From an uncultured delta proteobacterium (GTDB lineage: Bacteria > Desulfobacterota > Desulfobacteria > Desulfobacterales > Desulfatirhabdiaceae), in contig CAWBKP010000014.1 in assembly GCA_963789395.1 (NCBI GenBank), positions 352,001 to 416,000 of the forward strand: DNA of 64,000 bases, read 5' to 3'. This document shows positions 56,657 to 64,000 of the stretch, piece after piece. The notes beneath the pieces were generated by a model. The model had not been told where the DNA came from. It ran no database searches and saw only the letters and a list, made by a program, of their open reading frames with translations. Position 1 is the stretch's first letter; every line of letters begins with the position of its first letter. Both the position numbers and the translations under genes were made by a program.

Positions 56657-58054
56657 ATGCCCAAAAAATATCATATCAAACCAGCCCCTGCCGCGCCGCA
56701 CTTTATTCCCGTGGGCCGCTCGGGAATCATCGATTTTGAAGAGGACTGCCTCAAGTGCACGACCTGTGTCAAAAAGCGCTGCCTCTATGACGTGTACAAG
56801 AACCGCGCCTACGATGCGAAAAGCCTGGTAGACTCCATCGATCACCAGTGCAAGAACTGTTTCAGCTGCATTCAGAATTGCCCCCGCGGCGTACTCTCCA
56901 AGACGATCAACCCGGAGTTTTTAAGGATGGGCGATGCCTACTGGAAACCGGATATCATCCACAACACCTGGTTCCAGGCCGAGACCGGCAAGATTCCGGT
57001 GTCCGGCGCAGGATATCGCGGTCCTTTCAGCGGCCCGGGGTTTGACGCCATGTGGACGGACATGTCTGAAATCGTCCGGCCCACCCGTGACGGCATTCAC
57101 GGCCGCGAATACATCAGCACCGGCATCGATGTGGGAAGAAAACAGCATCACCTGGAATTCGATGCAGACGGCAGGGTTCGCCTGGAAATGTCTCCCCTGG
57201 TCGAGGTTCCCCTTCCCGTGATCTTCAATACCCTGCCTTTCGGCAACCTGGGAAAGGGGATTATCCTGTCCTTTGCTGCCGCTGCCCGCCAGATCGGCAG
57301 CCTGATGTACGTGACGCCCGAAACCTACGGCGCGTTTTTAGCGCCTTTCAAGGCACAGCTCATTCCCCTGCTGACCGCGGATGCAGACCCGGATGCGGAA
57401 ATCGTGGATGGCGTGAAAATGGTCGAGTTGTATTATGCCCCCGATATCTGGAAGCGCGTCCAGCAGCTAAAAGACCGCGATCCCGAACGGGTGGTTTCCA
57501 TTCGCCTGCCCATGAATTCCGAAGCCAGAACCATCGCGGCGGATCTGGCCCGGGCCGGAGCGGAAGTCATCCATCTTTTTGCCGACTACCGGGGAAATGA
57601 ATTCGTGGAAGGCGACGCACCGCGCTTTGTCAAGGACGCCCTGCGGGACATTCATACCCATCTGGTGAATGAAACCGTACGGGATCAGGTCACCTTGATC
57701 GTCAGCGGCGGCATTGCCCTGGCTGAGCATCTGCCAAAAGCCATCATCTGCGGGGCGGATGGTGCGGCCATAGACCTGCCGCTTCTGATCGCCCTGGAGT
57801 GCCGCGTCTGCAAACGCTGCGTGTCCGGAAAATCGTGTCCCGTGGAACTTCAGAACCTCGATCCCGAATACGGCAGCCGGCGCGTGGTGAACCTCATGTG
57901 CAGCTGGTGGAGTCAGCTCATCGAACTGATGGGCGCCATGGGCATCCGGGATGTGCGGCGGGTGCGGGGTGAAGCCGGCCGGGCCATGTTCTTCGAAGAC
58001 CTGGAAAGAGAGACTTTCGGTGCCATTTTTGGCGGACCCGCCGCTGACAGATAG
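56657..58054 (+). CDS. Ferredoxin + glutamate synthase FMN-barrel homologue (GltB2-like), degenerate active-site motifs
   Basis: CLKCTTC..C and CKNCFSCIQNCP, GPGFD, VSGGI, KAIICGADG, CRVCKRC..CP, LMGAMG; lacks TGEGG and QGAKPG. Confidence 0.85.
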   Translation: MPKKYHIKPAPAAPHFIPVGRSGIIDFEEDCLKCTTCVKKRCLYDVYKNRAYDAKSLVDSIDHQCKNCFSCIQNCPRGVLSKTINPEFLRMGDAYWKPDIIHNTWFQAETGKIPVSGAGYRGPFSGPGFDAMWTDMSEIVRPTRDGIHGREYISTGIDVGRKQHHLEFDADGRVRLEMSPLVEVPLPVIFNTLPFGNLGKGIILSFAAAARQIGSLMYVTPETYGAFLAPFKAQLIPLLTADADPDAEIVDGVKMVELYYAPDIWKRVQQLKDRDPERVVSIRLPMNSEARTIAADLARAGAEVIHLFADYRGNEFVEGDAPRFVKDALRDIHTHLVNETVRDQVTLIVSGGIALAEHLPKAIICGADGAAIDLPLLIALECRVCKRCVSGKSCPVELQNLDPEYGSRRVVNLMCSWWSQLIELMGAMGIRDVRRVRGEAGRAMFFEDLERETFGAIFGGPAADR

Positions 58055-58146
58055 CAGGTTATTGACAATAGGCCATGGGCCACAGGTTTTCTTTTTTGCC
58101 CGTTTCCCATAGCCCAACACCTTATTTTTAAAGGAGTATTCAGACC

Positions 58147-59613
58147 GTGAAAGCAGCGATCAAAAAAACAGCTTCACGATTTCGTCATACCATCGGTAAA
58201 TACAGGGTTCAGCGCGGAAGTCAGTGCAAAAGCTGCTCCGGTTGCGTGGTCGCCTGTCCGCATGGCGTGCATTTCAAGGCGGGCACCCGCATGGCAACGC
58301 CCAGGGATTATCTCTGCGTCGGGCCGGATCTGTGCAAAAGCCAGGACTGCTTCTGTGTGGAGAAATGCCCCAATCAGGCCCTGAAGGTGACGATCAACCC
58401 CCAGATAAAGGCGCTTGGCGATTTTCGCTGGACAGCGGACCTGCTCATGAGCACCTGGTATCAGGCCGAAACCGGCGAGCTTCCCGATGTGGATCTGGAA
58501 TACCGGACCGGCAATTCCGGTGGCGGGTTTGACAAGCTGCGGTTCCGGTTTCCCGAAAAACCGCTTCAGGCCATCCCTGCCGATGAAATCGACACCAGCA
58601 TCGAGCTGAACAAACGCGGAGACAACAGCCACCGCATCACCATCGCCCTCCCCCTGTATCAGGGCGGCATGTCGTTCGGGTCGGTCAGCGACAGCACCAT
58701 GATATCCCGTGCCAGAGCCGCCATGCTCTGGGATACGTTCGGGTGCACCGGAGAAGGGGGGTACCCGGAGTTTCTCTATCCCTTTGACAGTCAGATGATC
58801 ACCCAGGTGGCCACCGGGCTTTTCGGCGTCAAGGAAGAGACCATCCAGCGGGTACGCATCATCGAGTTCAAGTACGCTCAGGGTGCCAAACCCGGCCTGG
58901 GAGGTCATCTTCTGGGGGACAAGGTGACCGAGAAAGTGGCCAAAATGCGAGAGGCTGTCAAGGGCAGCGCGCTTTTTTCCCCGTTTCCGTTTCACAGCGT
59001 TTATTCGGTGGAAGACCACAAAAAGCATGTGGACTGGATCAAGGCCATGAATCCCAAAGCCCTGGTGTCGGTCAAGGTGTCGACCCCTGCGGACGTGGAC
59101 ATGGTGGCCATCGGCAGCTACTACGCCGGCGCCCACATCGTGCATCTGGACGGCAGCTACGGCGGCACCGGCGCAGCGCCGGACATCGCCAAAAAGAACA
59201 TTGCCATGCCCATTGAATACGCCATTCCCAAGGTACACCGGTTTCTGGTGGAAGAAGGCGTGCGCGACAAGGTGACACTGATTGCCAGCGGCGGCATTCG
59301 AACGGCCCACGATATCTTAAAGGCCATCGCCCTGGGCGCGGACGGCGTGGTGGAGGGAACTGCCGGCATGGTGGCGCTGGAATGCACGCGCTGCAGCTCC
59401 TGCGAAAGCGGGCGCGGCTGCCCGCGGGGCATCGCCACCACCGATCCGGAACTGGCCGAGTTGATCACCGTGGACTGGGGCGCCCAGCGGGTTTACAACC
59501 TGTATGCGTCCTGGCGCAAACAAATCGTCGGCGTCCTTCAGCAGCTCGGCATGCGCAGCATTCGCGAGCTGGTCGGCAGAACCGATTGCCTGCGCCATCT
59601 GGATTACAACTGA
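58147..59613 (+). CDS. Ferredoxin + FMN-binding glutamate synthase subunit (GltB2, archaeal-type)
   Basis: GGMSFGS, TGEGG, QVATGLFG, KYAQGAKPGLGG, DGSYGGTGAAP, ASGGIR, CTRCSSC..CPRGIAT. Confidence 0.92.
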   Translation: MKAAIKKTASRFRHTIGKYRVQRGSQCKSCSGCVVACPHGVHFKAGTRMATPRDYLCVGPDLCKSQDCFCVEKCPNQALKVTINPQIKALGDFRWTADLLMSTWYQAETGELPDVDLEYRTGNSGGGFDKLRFRFPEKPLQAIPADEIDTSIELNKRGDNSHRITIALPLYQGGMSFGSVSDSTMISRARAAMLWDTFGCTGEGGYPEFLYPFDSQMITQVATGLFGVKEETIQRVRIIEFKYAQGAKPGLGGHLLGDKVTEKVAKMREAVKGSALFSPFPFHSVYSVEDHKKHVDWIKAMNPKALVSVKVSTPADVDMVAIGSYYAGAHIVHLDGSYGGTGAAPDIAKKNIAMPIEYAIPKVHRFLVEEGVRDKVTLIASGGIRTAHDILKAIALGADGVVEGTAGMVALECTRCSSCESGRGCPRGIATTDPELAELITVDWGAQRVYNLYASWRKQIVGVLQQLGMRSIRELVGRTDCLRHLDYN

Positions 59614-59776
59614 TGGCTTCTTCAACATCATCGTCATCGGCTACATCTGTACGCTCAATCCTGTTATCCGCTCAGATTACAGTTATTGGCTCGCAGCAAC
59701 GGTGACAAGAATTGGCGTAAATCCATTCTCGCATAACCCCTTTACTAGATTTTATTTATCGAATTGGAGACGTTTA

Positions 59777-62446
59777 ATGAGTACAACCAGCAAAGCGCTT
59801 TCAGCTGCTGAAAAGATACTGGCTTCCCGGGGCCGGATGCTCGCGGAATATCCCCCGCTTTCCGGCGTCAAGGTAGAGGAAGAAGGGGGCTGCGGGGTCA
59901 CGGGGTTTGCCTGTTCCATTCCCGTAGGCGGCAAGCACATTTTCGAGCCCTCCCGGCAGATGCACAACCGCGGCAACGGCAAGGGCGGCGGCATCGCCGC
60001 GGTAGGCTTTGTGCCGGAAGCATTGGGGGTTTCACAGGAAATTCTGGACAGCCACTACATGCTTCAGGTCGCATTGATCGACCCCCAGGACAAGGCAGCC
60101 GCAAAGGCGGTTGAAGACCAGTTCATCCTTCCCTGGCTGGATGTCGCCAAATCTGAAAAAATACCCACCGTAGCGGACTTTCGCGACATACCGGGCCTGG
60201 ACGTGCGGCCCCCGGATGTGATGCGCTATTTCGTCCGCGTGAAAAAAGACGTGCTGCGGGACTTCACGGCAAAGAACCACTTCGAGACCTTGAAGCCGGG
60301 ACGGGCGGAAGACGAATTCATGTGTCAGAACGCTTTCAAGCTCAACACCCGGTTTTATTCCACACTGGGTGATAAAAAAGCGTTTGTCATGTCCCACGGC
60401 AAGAACATGATGATCCTGAAGATCGTGGGCTATGCCGAGCTGGTGGCCAGCTATTACCAGCTGGAAGAATTCAAGTCCCACATCTGGATCGCCCATCAGC
60501 GCTATCCGACCAAGGGCCGCGTCTGGCATCCGGGCGGGGCCCACCCGTTCAGCGGCATGCACGAAGCCCTGGTTCACAACGGGGATTTTGCCAATTACCA
60601 CTCGGTCTGCGAATATCTGAAGCAGCGCAATTTCTTTCCGCTGTTTCATACGGATACGGAAGCCTCGGTTCTGATGCTGGACCTGCTGAACCGGGTATAC
60701 GAATATCCGCTGGAATATATCATCGAAGCCCTGGCGCCCACCACGGAAGCCGATTTCGATCAGCTTCCGGCGGACAAGCAAAAGATTTACCGGGCCATTC
60801 AGGCGGCCCATATTCACGGATCTCCGGACGGCCCCTGGTTTTTCATCATCGCCAGAAATGACCCGTATCAGAAACTGTTCCAGTTGATCGGCATTACCGA
60901 TACGGCCATGCTGCGGCCCCAGGTGTTCGCGCTCCAGGACGGCGAGGTCCAGATCGGGCTGGTGTGCTCGGAAAAACAGGCCATTGACGCCACGCTCGAC
61001 AGCCTGGCCAAGGAAGATCCGCGCTTTTGTCCGGTATGCGACAAATACTGGAACGCCCGCGGCGGCAGCCATACGGATGGCGGAACTTTTGTCTTTACCG
61101 TCAAGCCGGAAAACGGCGCCATGCGCCTGAGTTGTTCCGATAAATTCGGAAATGTCCAGACCGTGACTGAAAACCAGACAGGCTGCGATGCGACCGCGGC
61201 GGTTACCGCGCCGTCACTGGAAGGGGAAATCCGCCAGAATCTTTCTCTTTTGTCCAGCCAGGGACGGATTGAAGACCTGTTTGCGTATCTGGCAGGCAAT
61301 ATTCCGGCCTGGGACTACAATACCTTCCGATGGGCCTGCGCAGAGCTTGTCCGGGCCGCAGGCGGCAGCGATGCCGACAAGGCGACGGCGATCGAGGTGC
61401 TGACGCTTCTGAATGACCGCAGGTTTGCCACGGGCGACAAGAAACGCGCCTGGGTATTGTGGATCATTCGCGGCAGTCTGCGCGAAATTTTCGGCGCCAC
61501 CCCGGATTTCAAACAGCCGCAGGCAAGCCGGTACCGGTATATTGATTTCAAGACCCGGGATTTATTGCGAGCGCCCCAGGCCGGCGAGGAAATTCTGGTG
61601 GTGTATACCCGGGAGTTTGAACCCGAAGGCGACGACTGTGATGCACGTCTGCTCTGCGAGGCGTATTTCAAGGGCTGGAAACGCTTCATTGTTTACGGCT
61701 ACCGTGGCCAGCGATTTACCGGAAACGGCTTCGGCCCGAACACCCAGGATGTGCGCATCGATGTCTACGGAAGCTCCGGAGATTATCTGGCCTCCGGCAT
61801 CGACGGCATGGAAATCTATGTCCACGGCAATGCCCAGGATCAGCTCGGTCAGATCATGAAAGACGGGAAACTGGCGGTGTTCGGCGATGTGGGACAGACC
61901 TTCATGTACGGCGCCAAAGGCGGCGAGGTCTATGTGATGGGAAATGCCGCGGGACGTCCCCTCATCAATGCCGTGGGACGTCCGCGGGTGGTGATCAACG
62001 GGACAGCCCTCGACTATCTGGCGGAATCCTTCATGGCCGGAGATCCCTATAACGGCGGCGGTTTTGTGATTCTAAACGGCATGGCGTTTTCAGATGACGG
62101 CAGCCTGGAAGAACTGCCCACGCCCTATCCCGGCTCAAACCTTTTTTCACTGGCGTCCGGCGGTGCGATTTTTGCGCGCGACCCCCACCGCCGGCTTCTG
62201 GAGGATCAGCTGAACGGCGGCGAGTTTGCCGAATTCACGGATGCGGACTGGAACCTGATTCGTCCATACCTGGAAGAGAATGAGCGGCTTTTCGGGATTT
62301 CCATTGAAAAGGATATTCTTTCTGTCAATGGCAAATTGCGAAAGCCATCTGAAGTGTATCGCAGAGTCAAGGCCGTGCAGCTCACGGTGCTGACCGGCGT
62401 GCAGAAAAAGTCCGATCCGGCGCTTGAAATGGCAGCCGATAGATGA
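59777..62446 (+). CDS. Glutamate synthase amidotransferase (GltB1) fused to C-terminal GXGXG domain (GltB3)
   Basis: EGG-CGV Ntn cysteine after a short propeptide, HQRYPT, AHPF, HNGD, TDTE; GQRFTGNG, HGNAQD, GNAAGR repeats; start ATG 59777 after GGAGA. Confidence 0.9.
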   Translation: MSTTSKALSAAEKILASRGRMLAEYPPLSGVKVEEEGGCGVTGFACSIPVGGKHIFEPSRQMHNRGNGKGGGIAAVGFVPEALGVSQEILDSHYMLQVALIDPQDKAAAKAVEDQFILPWLDVAKSEKIPTVADFRDIPGLDVRPPDVMRYFVRVKKDVLRDFTAKNHFETLKPGRAEDEFMCQNAFKLNTRFYSTLGDKKAFVMSHGKNMMILKIVGYAELVASYYQLEEFKSHIWIAHQRYPTKGRVWHPGGAHPFSGMHEALVHNGDFANYHSVCEYLKQRNFFPLFHTDTEASVLMLDLLNRVYEYPLEYIIEALAPTTEADFDQLPADKQKIYRAIQAAHIHGSPDGPWFFIIARNDPYQKLFQLIGITDTAMLRPQVFALQDGEVQIGLVCSEKQAIDATLDSLAKEDPRFCPVCDKYWNARGGSHTDGGTFVFTVKPENGAMRLSCSDKFGNVQTVTENQTGCDATAAVTAPSLEGEIRQNLSLLSSQGRIEDLFAYLAGNIPAWDYNTFRWACAELVRAAGGSDADKATAIEVLTLLNDRRFATGDKKRAWVLWIIRGSLREIFGATPDFKQPQASRYRYIDFKTRDLLRAPQAGEEILVVYTREFEPEGDDCDARLLCEAYFKGWKRFIVYGYRGQRFTGNGFGPNTQDVRIDVYGSSGDYLASGIDGMEIYVHGNAQDQLGQIMKDGKLAVFGDVGQTFMYGAKGGEVYVMGNAAGRPLINAVGRPRVVINGTALDYLAESFMAGDPYNGGGFVILNGMAFSDDGSLEELPTPYPGSNLFSLASGGAIFARDPHRRLLEDQLNGGEFAEFTDADWNLIRPYLEENERLFGISIEKDILSVNGKLRKPSEVYRRVKAVQLTVLTGVQKKSDPALEMAADR

Positions 62447-62521
62447 GGATAAGCCGACGGCAAAGGGGTATCGCCCTTCTGCCGCTGGCCTTCAGCCCAA
62501 TAATTCATACGAGGTGTTGAA

Positions 62522-63187
62522 ATGATCGTAGCGGAACGAAAACCATTTGATGAAATCAAAACCATGCTCGCAGGCTGCCGGAAAGTCTTCATTCTTGGCT
62601 GTGATACCTGCGTGAGCGTCTGCATGGCGGGCGGCAAGAAAGAAGTCGGGCTTCTGGCCTCTCAGCTTCGCATGAGTTTCAAAAAAGACGGCAAGGACAT
62701 TCAGATCGATGAGGACACGGTGGAGCGCCAGTGCAATCGCGAATACATGGAGCTGGTACTGAACAAGCTGCAGGATTATGACCTCGTGGTCTCGATGGCC
62801 TGCGGTGCCGGTGTCCAGCTTCTGTCGGATCTGTCCGAGCCGCTCCAGATTCTGCCGGGCGTCAACACGCGCTTTATCGGCATGACCCCGAAGGACGGCA
62901 CCTGGGAAGAGCGCTGCCGGGCCTGCGGGGATTGCGTTCTGGGGGAAACCGGCGGCATCTGCCCGGTGACGGTCTGCGCCAAGGGCATTTTAAACGGCCC
63001 CTGCGGCGGCACGGATCACGGCAAGTGCGAAGTGGATAAGGAAAAAGACTGCGCCTGGACCCTGATCTATCGGCGCCTTGACAAAATGGGCAAACTCGAT
63101 AATATCCGGAAGAATTTTCCGCCGCGCAACCACCTGGTCCAGTGTCATCCGGCAAAGCAGGTGCACGAAGTTTACAAAGGAGAATAA
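62522..63187 (+). CDS. metV: Methylenetetrahydrofolate reductase Fe-S/Zn-finger subunit
   Basis: GCDTCVSVCMAGG, RQC, ACGAGVQ, CRACGDC, GICPVTVCAKGILNGPCGG, CEV..CAW. Confidence 0.9.
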   Translation: MIVAERKPFDEIKTMLAGCRKVFILGCDTCVSVCMAGGKKEVGLLASQLRMSFKKDGKDIQIDEDTVERQCNREYMELVLNKLQDYDLVVSMACGAGVQLLSDLSEPLQILPGVNTRFIGMTPKDGTWEERCRACGDCVLGETGGICPVTVCAKGILNGPCGGTDHGKCEVDKEKDCAWTLIYRRLDKMGKLDNIRKNFPPRNHLVQCHPAKQVHEVYKGE

Positions 63188-63190
63188 GAG

Positions 63191-64000
63191 ATGGCTGTTT
63201 CGTTCAAAGACGCACTTCGATCCGGGGATTTCATTGTCACTGCGGAAGTCGGCCCGCCAAAGGGAACCGATGTCGCGGAGATGAAAGCGCACATTGCACT
63301 GCTGAAAGACAAGGTTCACGGCCTCAACATGACGGACAATCAGAGTTCGGTGATGCGCCTGTCCTCTCTGGTGGGCTGCCACATCATCAAGGAAATGGGC
63401 GGTGTGCCCATTCTGCAGATGACCGGAAGGGACCGCAACCGCATGGCCCTTCAATCGGACCTTTTGAGCGCCAGCGTCCTGGGAATCGATACGGTGCTGT
63501 GCCTGACCGGGGATCACATCTCCCTGGGGGATCACAAGGAAGCCAAACCGGTTCATGACCTGGAATCGATCCAGATTCTAAAAGCAATTAAAGCCCTTGC
63601 GTCCGGCAAGGATCTGGCGGGAAATCCGTTGCAGGGCTCGCCGCAGTTCTGCGCCGGCGCCGTGGTCACCCCCGAGGCCGACCCCATTGAGCCGCAACTG
63701 ATGAAGTTTGAAAAGAAAGTCCGGGCAGGCGCGGAATTCTTCCAGACCCAGGCTGTGTATGATCTGGATGCCTTCAGGCGTTTCATGGATTATGCCGGAA
63801 AATTCGACGTGAAAATTCTGGCAGGCATCGTTCTGCTGACGTCCAGCCGCATGGCGACCTACATGAACCAGCACGTGGCCGGCATTTATGTGCCGGACAG
63901 CCTGGTTGCGGAAATGGCCGGCGCCCCCAAAGGCGGGGCCCTGCAGAAAGGCATTGAAATCGCCGGCCGGATGATCCGCAAAATCAAGGAGGAAGGCATT
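63191..64000 (+). CDS. metF: Methylenetetrahydrofolate reductase, 3' truncated by window edge
   Basis: Translated from ATG 63191: TAEVGPPKG, TDNQSSVMR, RDRNRMALQSD, LCLTGDH, FFQTQAVYD; absent from the ORF track because it has no stop in the window. Confidence 0.92.
   Translation, partial: MAVSFKDALRSGDFIVTAEVGPPKGTDVAEMKAHIALLKDKVHGLNMTDNQSSVMRLSSLVGCHIIKEMGGVPILQMTGRDRNRMALQSDLLSASVLGIDTVLCLTGDHISLGDHKEAKPVHDLESIQILKAIKALASGKDLAGNPLQGSPQFCAGAVVTPEADPIEPQLMKFEKKVRAGAEFFQTQAVYDLDAFRRFMDYAGKFDVKILAGIVLLTSSRMATYMNQHVAGIYVPDSLVAEMAGAPKGGALQKGIEIAGRMIRKIKEEGI

Noticed and set aside
58055..58146. Weak palindromic 7-mer-like tracts here and at 62447-62500
   Set aside because: Too degenerate to assign to a repeat family or to call as terminators from sequence alone.
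59504..59776. N-terminal 91-aa extension of the GltB1/3 ORF
   Set aside because: It overlaps the upstream gene and lacks homology signal; ATG 59777 has an RBS and gives a normal-length propeptide before the Ntn Cys.

Overview
A GC-rich, gene-dense chromosomal window, most likely from an anaerobic Desulfobacterota (Desulfobacterales-like) bacterium; the taxonomy is inferred from gene content only. I found no rRNA, tRNA, CRISPR array, prophage or intact transposase. In order, it contains: (1) a TRAP transporter with an apiose-isomerase-like enzyme, a four-carbon acid-sugar kinase and a PanB paralogue; (2) a deletion-compressed remnant of terC plus a 2-oxoacid:ferredoxin oxidoreductase operon; (3) a heterotetrameric sarcosine-oxidase-like operon, two RpiR regulators, aspA, an MFS and a TAXI-TRAP system; (4) an orphan SbcC; (5) korDABC followed by CoA-transferase A/B; (6) a GH17 membrane protein; (7) a Cache histidine kinase and sigma54 activator driving an OFA transporter and prpE; (8) a nitrogen cluster (glnD-glnB-glnA and amtB-glnK, each with a clear sigma54 promoter) around a 1363-aa internally duplicated membrane protein; (9) an operon mvhD, degenerate GltB2, GltB2, GltB1/3, metV, metF behind a leader with two ANTAR-type hairpins. 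Many genes have single-base frameshifts, several in homopolymers, consistent with long-read consensus error; glnD has unusually many. All family calls come from motif recognition, not database searches. The best candidates for new biology are the MvhD/split-GltB/MetVF operon with its RNA leader and the PanB-linked branched-sugar cluster.
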